A stretch of DNA of 24,419 bases, from positions 1 to 24,419 of the IMG/VR virus record IMGVR_UViG_3300021185_001220. One strand, written 5' to 3'. The DNA is from a virus. Taxonomy: Duplodnaviria > Caudoviricetes. Below are positions 16,790 through 23,933 of the stretch, one piece after another; within the stretch, counting starts at the first letter, position 1; every line of letters begins with the position of its first letter. Under the pieces are notes generated by a model that was given only the letters and a program-made list of their open reading frames with translations, did no database searches and had not been told where the DNA came from. The translations under genes and the position numbers were made by a program.

Positions 16790-19177
16790 CTACGCATAAC
16801 CGGAATCTTTAGCATTCCTAGCTGCAGCAATTAATTGTGTAGGGGAGATTCTTGACTTGTTGCCTGCTACACCTTGATAATAACTTTCTCCTGTTTCGAC
16901 TATTCTCTTACTACCTTGTTGTCTAAATGTAACTGGTAAACTGGCCCATTCTTGTGCCAATGATCTACAAAAAGCTGGCTCTGATTTGGAGCCTGAAATA
17001 AACGCATCAATTCCTCTTCTCTGCAGTAATTTACGACATAATTTATCTTGGTTAGCAGGACTGAATAACTCTGTTCTACTTACTACTCCGTCTCCGTCAA
17101 CTAAACTTATCAATGTTTTCTTAATAATTTGATACTTACCTGCTGCTGAACTTGCTGATCCTGCGTCTACACTTGCAATTTGCCAATCAATTACTTCTTG
17201 TAATGTTAGTTCTGATAATTGTTTTCCATAGAACTGGAATGGTGTTATTTTAGATCCACCATAAGGAGTGTTATAGCCTGCACCTTCTGCATTACCAATA
17301 ACATCTAAAATACTACCGTCGGCACCGACACTAGTAAATTTAGTTTCTAGTGTTTTATCATCTTTTTTTGTAGTTGTAGCAACAGGAGTTGTGCCACTTG
17401 TTCCTGGAGGTGGTCCAGCGGTTGAGCTAACAGCGTCTTTGTTGCCAACTCGGTCGCTTTTTCTAAAAGTATCAACACTGGTAAGTAAATCTGCTTGAGG
17501 CAAAGGCGTATCAACTAATATATCTGTTCTTTGACTCTTAAAGAATAACGGATCTAAGTTTTCATGTTGTGCATATGGTTCATGACTTGGCATTCTTTTT
17601 ACGAATGTTTGTATGTCTGAAGGGACTTCTGTTCCTGGATTTGTTTTAGGAACAACGTGTCTAGGCAATGGTATCATTTCTATAGCATCTGCTGCATCAG
17701 TTGCCACTGTGCCTGCTGATGACGAGCTGCTGTTTAAATTAATATCCGTGTCTCCATCAATTTCAACGTTGCCGCCTGCGGCATTGATATTAATTGCTCC
17801 TTCTGTTGCTGTTAAGTATGATGCTTTTCCTACTAAATTAAGTGTTGTATCAGTATTAATAAACATATCAGTTGCTGAACGTATATGTCCTTGTGCATCT
17901 GCTAATACATATAAATTTGCATTTGTGTGATGATGAATATCACCTGTAACTAATGTACTTTGAATTCCGCCAACAGTTGTGTCTTGGTTTTGTTTAACTG
18001 TAACTAACATATTTTGTTCTGCTAATATACTAGTATCACTGTGGCTTTCTATTTTTACTTCACCAGTTCCTTCACCGTATCGTCCACTAGCTCTTACATT
18101 GACAGCACGACCGCCTTCTATGTTTACATCTCTATCTGCTGTAAGGTTTATATCAGCGTCACTATGTATAGATATACTATCTAAACCATAAACATCAATT
18201 TTACCATCACTAGTTAATTCTACCCAAGCTGTTCCTCTACTGTTGGCAATGTAGATAAAGTCTTCACTGTTGTGCATTAATATTTGATGACCAGTTCTAG
18301 TTCTAAATCGCATAAGTTCGTTATGTGGTATACTAGACTGACCAAATGTTTCGCCAGCTTCAACATTTGCATATGCTGGCGGCCCTGCTGATGCATGTGA
18401 TGCTCTTGTTAATTTGTCATCACCGTCATCCATAACAAAACTTGAACCACCAAGCCTGTTAACAAATTTTGAATGTTTAAGTCCTGCTTCTCCAGCAAGC
18501 CCTTTAGGTGCTCCGGGTCTTTTATCTATTGGTCCAGGAGTGCTTATTCCAAATACAGCACTAGGAACTTCACGCCTAGCACTCGTGCTTGTTGTTCCTC
18601 GATTTTCGTCTCTTATTAAACCTTGTATTTCAAGTGCTTGTGTAAAATCTTTGTTGTACGGTTTATTAAATTTTGTTGGGTCTCTTCCTGATCCTTTTTC
18701 AACTTTTTTATTATACTCGCCTGTTGGTAATTTTAAACCTTGAATATTTTGCGGAGTACCGGGAGTTGTAAGTGCTGTTGATGCTCTTCCATCTGGAACC
18801 ATAAAGTTCATAAATTTATCTTGGATACATCCTATCCAAAATCCGTTAGCAATATCGCCTTCAGCAAATGTAACTAAAACTCTTGAGCCAATATCAGGTG
18901 GTACAAACCACATACCGTAACTTTTTTGAGTTGCGGCATATCCGTCATTTGCTGACGTATGCGCAGGATTAGTAATACCATAAAATGGTGACAAATATCT
19001 AACTTCTATTGATGTTCCTAATCCTTCAGGTAAACTACCTGTAGAGTTATTTTTTAGAATATCAACTTTTAGTGATCCTGAATATGTAGCATCTAAATTA
19101 CTAACTACAATTGCTTCGAAGGGACCTGTGCCGATAGATTCAATTTTTTTTACGTTTGTTCTTTTAGACTGGGCCAA
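16790..19177 (-). CDS. gp5: Baseplate central spike, gp5-like: OB fold, beta-helix, C-terminal lambda R-like (GH104-type) muramidase (795 aa)
   Basis: TTG start with SD AGGAG 8 nt upstream (19190-19186). OB-fold motif SYGMWFVPPDIGSRVLVTFAEGDIANGFWIGC. Beta-helical repeats RTRTGHQILMHN...SISIHSDADINLTADRDVNIEG. C-terminal LDVIGNAEG...YN, SSAAGKYQI, FSPANQD and EWASLP motifs. Confidence 0.88.
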   Translation of the reverse strand: MAQSKRTNVKKIESIGTGPFEAIVVSNLDATYSGSLKVDILKNNSTGSLPEGLGTSIEVRYLSPFYGITNPAHTSANDGYAATQKSYGMWFVPPDIGSRVLVTFAEGDIANGFWIGCIQDKFMNFMVPDGRASTALTTPGTPQNIQGLKLPTGEYNKKVEKGSGRDPTKFNKPYNKDFTQALEIQGLIRDENRGTTSTSARREVPSAVFGISTPGPIDKRPGAPKGLAGEAGLKHSKFVNRLGGSSFVMDDGDDKLTRASHASAGPPAYANVEAGETFGQSSIPHNELMRFRTRTGHQILMHNSEDFIYIANSRGTAWVELTSDGKIDVYGLDSISIHSDADINLTADRDVNIEGGRAVNVRASGRYGEGTGEVKIESHSDTSILAEQNMLVTVKQNQDTTVGGIQSTLVTGDIHHHTNANLYVLADAQGHIRSATDMFINTDTTLNLVGKASYLTATEGAININAAGGNVEIDGDTDINLNSSSSSAGTVATDAADAIEMIPLPRHVVPKTNPGTEVPSDIQTFVKRMPSHEPYAQHENLDPLFFKSQRTDILVDTPLPQADLLTSVDTFRKSDRVGNKDAVSSTAGPPPGTSGTTPVATTTKKDDKTLETKFTSVGADGSILDVIGNAEGAGYNTPYGGSKITPFQFYGKQLSELTLQEVIDWQIASVDAGSASSAAGKYQIIKKTLISLVDGDGVVSRTELFSPANQDKLCRKLLQRRGIDAFISGSKSEPAFCRSLAQEWASLPVTFRQQGSKRIVETGESYYQGVAGNKSRISPTQLIAAARNAKDSGYA

Positions 19178-22100
19178 TTATTGAGCTCCTGTAGCATTTG
19201 GATCAAATTGTTCTGCTGCTTGTGACGGCTTTGTATTTACTGGATCACCAAACTCATTATAGGTAACCCCGGACGAAGTTTGTGTTACTGGTGAACTTGT
19301 TGCTGTGCCCCGTGATGTATAGAACGAAGCAATAGCGGCAATCTTATTACCTTTTTGTACATCATATAAGTTATCAGCTGGATCAAGTGGAAAATATGGC
19401 CTTAGTGTTGTGTCAGCTTGTGTTGATTGGGCTGTTTGCGTTGTTGATTTTGTTCCGCTAACAGAATCGTTTGTAGCACCTGCTTGCCCGTCGGACATTG
19501 CTGATGGTGGTTCAGGCGGTCCTACAACTCCACCTGGTATTTGACCGTTTCTTGTCCAATCATAAGATCCACCTTCACTTGTGGCTGCACTAAAATGCAT
19601 AGCATCTGTTGCACTTTTCCAGTCACCGCCCCAACCTAGGCCATATTTAGATGCAAGCGCACTCATTAAACTTCCTGTACCGTCTCCGGGCATATCTGTA
19701 GGTTCTGGAGCGTCTTCTGGACGTGGGCGAATCATACCATTATCTTTTGAATTAATATCAATTGCAAGTCCACTAGCATGATAGCTAGGAACACCAGTAT
19801 CTGTGTTACGCTGTACATATCCGCCTAACGTAGTTATTTCATAACCTAGATCAGTTTCTAACTCGTTAATTAAACCTTGGAATTTATCTGCAACTACAGC
19901 AGCAACTTGTGTTGTTTTTCCGCTTGGTGTTGTAATTGTTTTTAACGGACCGTTTGGACCTGTTGGTTTTATTATTTCATTATTTCGATTTGTAGTATCC
20001 TCCATTGCATCAGTTCCTGCAACATCGTTAGGATTTTTATCGTTAGGGTTAAGTCCCGGGCATGCTGGTTTTTCAATTACCGCTTTAACTTTACTAATAC
20101 CTTCTGTACTTTGATTTCTACGTCTTACTAGTTCTAAAGTTTGTTTAAATTGGTTTCCACTAATTGAAGATGTAACCTTTACAACTTGGTACACACCGCT
20201 AAAACTATCTACAGCAACAGTTGCTCCTGGAAAAAACATTGTTCCGTCATTGTTATAATCAACTGGAGTTCTAAAATTTACAATAATATCTATTTCATTT
20301 CTTTGATGATCCATTGCGCCGCCAGATGTTATATTTTTTGATCCGCCTCTAGCCGATGTATGGTTTCCTAATCCGCTGTCAGGAATAAAATAAGGATCGC
20401 CCCAAATTTCTAAATTTGCTGTAATTAAATCTACTTTACTGTTAACTAAAGCATTATGGAACATCTTAGCAACTTCTTCACCATATTGTTTATTGTAACT
20501 ACCACCATTAAAATTACCGGCTTTTATAGTCGATCTAGTAGTGCCTTCTGGTATTGTGTTTCCTGCTGTTGGTTTTCCTAAAGATGGCTTTTTTGGAGTA
20601 ACAACAGTTTTTTCTCTATCGTTAACTAAACTTGATGCATTTAATTGTCCCATGTCCATTTGTATTGCTTGGAAAAATGCGGCATTAAATTTAATATCAA
20701 ATCCTAATACATCTTCATTTGCGCCACTATATATGTAATTGTAAGTTTTAACACAATGCTTTGCTTTTTCAATTAGTCCTGCGCCTGCTTGGTTAGGCGC
20801 ACTAAATCTACTTGCATCTACTTTGTAAGGAACAACATCATAAACATAAATCTTTGGCATTGTTCCTGTTGCACTTTCATGTTGTCTGTCACTTATAACA
20901 AAACACTGTGACTCAATTCTAAACCAATCTACTTCGCCTTTTTCGTCAGTTCTTTTTAGTGCTGTTCTACCGTACTCGCTAACAATCACTAGTTCTTCAA
21001 TAATCTTAGTAATTGGTGTTCCTTGATTAAATTTAAAAATTCTATTGGTATCGCTTATAGTAAGTTCTATGCCGTTACGACTGTAGACGTGTGTGTCTTT
21101 GTCATAAGCATACAACCCAAGACCAAACGGATTATCGCCGCCTTCGGTATAATCAGATATCATTGGGCTTGCACCTATTTTATTTAGATTTTTTACAGAA
21201 CTTGATTTTAATGTTTCTAATAATGCACTACTAGTTGTGTCTGCACCTATATTTTTAAAGAAGCTAGTTAGACTATCAACTTCGTCCTCATCTGCTGTTT
21301 GGGCACCTTTACGTGATGACCTTGCTTCTGCATTTGTTGTGGCTTGATCTAGTATATCTGGTCTTCTTAAATATGATTTTGTATAATCGCCTGTACGCTG
21401 TGAAGGGAATCTAACAAGATAAAAATCAGTTGCTGTAGAGCATGAGTCTTTAGCAATTTTTTGTAAACTATTATTAATTACTGTTGATAAACTTTGTTCG
21501 CCCACTGACAGTATTTCAACTACGTCATTTCCTGTAAGACTTAAAGGTTCTTTTATCAACTGTACATCGTCATCAAAAGATTGTTCGTTCCAAGGTATGC
21601 ATGATACTTGATATGTACTACCGCCATTATTAACATCAAACTCAATATTTGTTAATTTAAAAGGTATTTTTCTATTACAAAATGCCATTGGTTTAATTTC
21701 ATTTAATTTTTTATCAGATTCTCCAAAGCCTACAAAATCAAGTTCTAACAAATATGGGCATTGTAGATAATTTTCAAAACCTGCATCAAATGCCGCTGAC
21801 TGTAGCATTTGTAAAAATATTCCCATACTGTATGGTTCTTTTACAGTAAAGCTAATATTAAATGCTTGTGTTGCACCTGTTTTACTATTAGTTGTTACAA
21901 CAGCATCCATTTCAAAATCGTCTATAAAATATTCTAGGTTGGCTTTTTCATCACCCATTTGGTCATATGCTGTTTGTATACGCTTGTTATCAATACCTCC
22001 GCCACCGCTACGTAAGATAGTAAAGTCTGCGCCATTTTGAAGATATGTATCTGATGGATTATTTGCACTGTCAGCGGTTAACGATCCTAAAGTAAATATA

Positions 22101-22666
22101 CAATTTACACTATTGAATGCTCTTAGAGGATTTTTTAATGCAATTCCCGGACCTTTTGGTTCTATCTCTGGGGAACTATCTGAGCCTTTGACAGTGTCTG
22201 CAAATTTTGAAGCATATTCTTCTACTGTTGTTTCAACAGCACCATCAAGTGCCTGAGCTGCATAATCTACTATGTCAATTGGTATTGAATCAACCAACGG
22301 AATTACTTGTTCAACAAGTTTATCTTTCTTACCTTGTAAAGATGCTCCTAGTGCGTTTGCAAACTGATTGAGTCCCGGTGGATATATTGCATTAATGTCG
22401 GCTCCTAAATTTGCTAAGGACGGTAATGTTAAATTTCCAAATCCTCCTATTGTATTTGTTAATCCTGTTGCGTCAATTTTAGAAAATTTATCTGTAAGTA
22501 CGCTAACAGCACCTGAAGCATCATAAACTTTTCCTGTTGCGTTCTTCATGTCGCCGAAGCTTTGAGAAAGATCAACATTAGCCACCGCATCAGTAACAGC
22601 CGTACTAAGATTGCTAGTAAGTGTCTTTGCTTTATTTTCAATAATTTGCTTTGGATTAATTGACAT
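19178..22666 (-). CDS. Baseplate hub protein (gp27/VgrG-N-like) fused to a C-terminal M15-family Zn peptidase (1162 aa)
   Basis: Hub-type closing motifs LEIWGDPYF...IIVNFRTP...FSGVYQVVKVTSSISGNQFKQTLELVR, located between gp53 and the spike. These are followed by SYHASGLAIDIN (SxHxxGxAxD) and GLGWGGDW...DAMHF of M15 peptidases (~19585-19945). Confidence 0.78.
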   Translation of the reverse strand: MSINPKQIIENKAKTLTSNLSTAVTDAVANVDLSQSFGDMKNATGKVYDASGAVSVLTDKFSKIDATGLTNTIGGFGNLTLPSLANLGADINAIYPPGLNQFANALGASLQGKKDKLVEQVIPLVDSIPIDIVDYAAQALDGAVETTVEEYASKFADTVKGSDSSPEIEPKGPGIALKNPLRAFNSVNCIFTLGSLTADSANNPSDTYLQNGADFTILRSGGGGIDNKRIQTAYDQMGDEKANLEYFIDDFEMDAVVTTNSKTGATQAFNISFTVKEPYSMGIFLQMLQSAAFDAGFENYLQCPYLLELDFVGFGESDKKLNEIKPMAFCNRKIPFKLTNIEFDVNNGGSTYQVSCIPWNEQSFDDDVQLIKEPLSLTGNDVVEILSVGEQSLSTVINNSLQKIAKDSCSTATDFYLVRFPSQRTGDYTKSYLRRPDILDQATTNAEARSSRKGAQTADEDEVDSLTSFFKNIGADTTSSALLETLKSSSVKNLNKIGASPMISDYTEGGDNPFGLGLYAYDKDTHVYSRNGIELTISDTNRIFKFNQGTPITKIIEELVIVSEYGRTALKRTDEKGEVDWFRIESQCFVISDRQHESATGTMPKIYVYDVVPYKVDASRFSAPNQAGAGLIEKAKHCVKTYNYIYSGANEDVLGFDIKFNAAFFQAIQMDMGQLNASSLVNDREKTVVTPKKPSLGKPTAGNTIPEGTTRSTIKAGNFNGGSYNKQYGEEVAKMFHNALVNSKVDLITANLEIWGDPYFIPDSGLGNHTSARGGSKNITSGGAMDHQRNEIDIIVNFRTPVDYNNDGTMFFPGATVAVDSFSGVYQVVKVTSSISGNQFKQTLELVRRRNQSTEGISKVKAVIEKPACPGLNPNDKNPNDVAGTDAMEDTTNRNNEIIKPTGPNGPLKTITTPSGKTTQVAAVVADKFQGLINELETDLGYEITTLGGYVQRNTDTGVPSYHASGLAIDINSKDNGMIRPRPEDAPEPTDMPGDGTGSLMSALASKYGLGWGGDWKSATDAMHFSAATSEGGSYDWTRNGQIPGGVVGPPEPPSAMSDGQAGATNDSVSGTKSTTQTAQSTQADTTLRPYFPLDPADNLYDVQKGNKIAAIASFYTSRGTATSSPVTQTSSGVTYNEFGDPVNTKPSQAAEQFDPNATGAQ

Positions 22667-22969
22667 TTATATTCCTAAAGATTTTTTAAGTTTAGCAGGA
22701 TCTGGAATGAATATAGTTGTACCCGCTAACATATCAAATACTGGGTCTTTGATAATATCCATATTTCTTTGTGCAAACACCCACCATAACTTTGGAGTTC
22801 CATAATAGTCATATGCTAACAAGTCTGGTCTATTAGTGTATTGCGTTTCAATTGTATATTGTACATCATCTGATGATGCTGGAATAGGTCGTATTCTAAG
22901 TATATCTAATGCGCCGGTCCTATTGTATTGTGTTTTGTGCCAAGGACTTGATGATTTGTAATTTGCCAT
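22667..22969 (-). CDS. gp53: Baseplate wedge protein, gp53/LysM-like (100 aa)
   Basis: YTIETQYTNRPDLLAYDYYGTPKLWWVFAQRN...GTTIFIP is the gp53/tail-X-type motif. TAATG overlap with the upstream gene, with SD GGAGG upstream. Confidence 0.85.
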   Translation of the reverse strand: MANYKSSSPWHKTQYNRTGALDILRIRPIPASSDDVQYTIETQYTNRPDLLAYDYYGTPKLWWVFAQRNMDIIKDPVFDMLAGTTIFIPDPAKLKKSLGI

Positions 22970-23850
22970 TAGATGAAGCCCTCCCCGCTACCTATATATT
23001 CGCCGTTAGTAAAAGTGTTTAAATTAAAAGAACTAGTTCTTCTTCTAGAAAATGTAGGTTTGAGTGTTACTGATATCTGACTGTTTGTAGGACACCATGA
23101 TGTTGACGAAGTATCGCCTCCTGGTGTACTTGTAGCAATATAATCAACATCAGCCGGAAGGTCAACTGTAAAGTTTGATATAACTACAGGAACATTATTA
23201 AAGATATAATCTCCATAGCCGTTTAGTCTTACTATAGGCGGTGGTGCGCCTGCATTTGCTGAGCTTTCACCGTAAAACATTTTTGTTACAGTACGCAAAT
23301 AATGTATTGCACCAATCCAATATTTTGCATCGTCTGCATTTTCTACTGGAAATTCTCCTGTAATAACAATGTCATCTGCTTGACTGTTTTCGTAGATTTG
23401 AAAAGGATAATTTGTATGCACAGGCTGTAGTGTATTGTAGTTTGCACTATGGCTTACAATAATCGTAGGAGTTATAGGAAAACAAAGTCCAGCTGTTTTA
23501 GCTAAAGGTGCAATTAATGTTGATGTTGTTGGGTCAATTGTAGGAGGCATTGATAATTTTACACGCCAATCATGATCAGCACTTGTAGATTCAAATCCTG
23601 ATACTTTAGCATCTGTTTTTCCTTTTTCAGAACTAGGTAAATTAATGCTTCTAGCCTGTTTTGCAAAACCTGCAGCACTAAACAGCTCGTTGACTACAGT
23701 ATTTTTTATACCATCTAAAAATCCGTTGCCAGTACTGACGCCAGTCAATGCATCTTGCACGGATGCAGCTGCTTGGTTTTTTAAGTCACCAAGTGCTTTG
23801 TTTGCTTGTGTTTTTACAGTCTTGCCCAAATCTGCTGGATTAAATGCCAT
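22969..23850 (-). CDS. Tail-tube-fold baseplate protein (tube initiator/cap, gp48/gp54-like)
   Basis: FPITPTIIVSHSANY...ITGEF...GAPPPIVRLNGYGDYIFNNVPVVISNFTVDLPADVDY...PTNSQISVTLKP resembles tube-like proteins of contractile systems. SD AGGAG (23863-23859) is 8 nt from the ATG at 23850 but only 2 nt from the track's ATG at 23856, so 23850 is preferred. Confidence 0.65.
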   Translation of the reverse strand: MAFNPADLGKTVKTQANKALGDLKNQAAASVQDALTGVSTGNGFLDGIKNTVVNELFSAAGFAKQARSINLPSSEKGKTDAKVSGFESTSADHDWRVKLSMPPTIDPTTSTLIAPLAKTAGLCFPITPTIIVSHSANYNTLQPVHTNYPFQIYENSQADDIVITGEFPVENADDAKYWIGAIHYLRTVTKMFYGESSANAGAPPPIVRLNGYGDYIFNNVPVVISNFTVDLPADVDYIATSTPGGDTSSTSWCPTNSQISVTLKPTFSRRRTSSFNLNTFTNGEYIGSGEGFI

Positions 23851-23871
23851 TTTCATATCTCCTATATGTAT

Positions 23872-23901
23872 TATTTAGTTGACATAATTAAGTATGTAGT
23901 T
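23872..23901 (-). promoter_or_regulatory. Putative late promoter of the baseplate operon: AACTACATACTTAA-N10-TAAATA
   Basis: TAAATA at 23877-23872, 8 nt upstream of the SD. The 14-mer at 23901-23888 matches the copy at 16321-16308. Confidence 0.7.
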
Positions 23902-23907
23902 TATAAT
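23879..23907 (+). promoter_or_regulatory. Consensus sigma70-type promoter TTGACA-N17-TATAAT for the late sigma factor gene
   Basis: TTGACA at 23879-23884, 17-nt spacer, TATAAT at 23902-23907. SD GGAG at 23923-23926 and TTG start at 23934 follow. Confidence 0.88.
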
Positions 23908-23933
23908 AGTGTTAATTAACTTGGAGAATACCA

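Noticed and set aside
22664-22671. TATAAATG resembling the T4 late promoter
   Set aside because: It is the ATA-TAA-ATG stop/start junction of gp53 and the hub, the last base mismatches, and the upstream box is absent.
12766-23850. Bacterial T6SS, eCIS or tailocin locus
   Set aside because: The T4-type gp6, giant gp7-like gene, gp55-like sigma factor and late promoters indicate a phage. No T6SS membrane-complex or bacterial flanking genes are present.
23854-23856. ATG at 23856 as the start of the tube-initiator gene
   Set aside because: It is only 2 nt from the AGGAG SD, whereas the ATG at 23850 has 8-nt spacing.
495-23878. Short plus-strand ORFs in the track (64-139 aa)
   Set aside because: They are antisense shadows of long minus-strand genes, with Ser/Pro/Leu/Ile-rich composition and no recognisable motifs.
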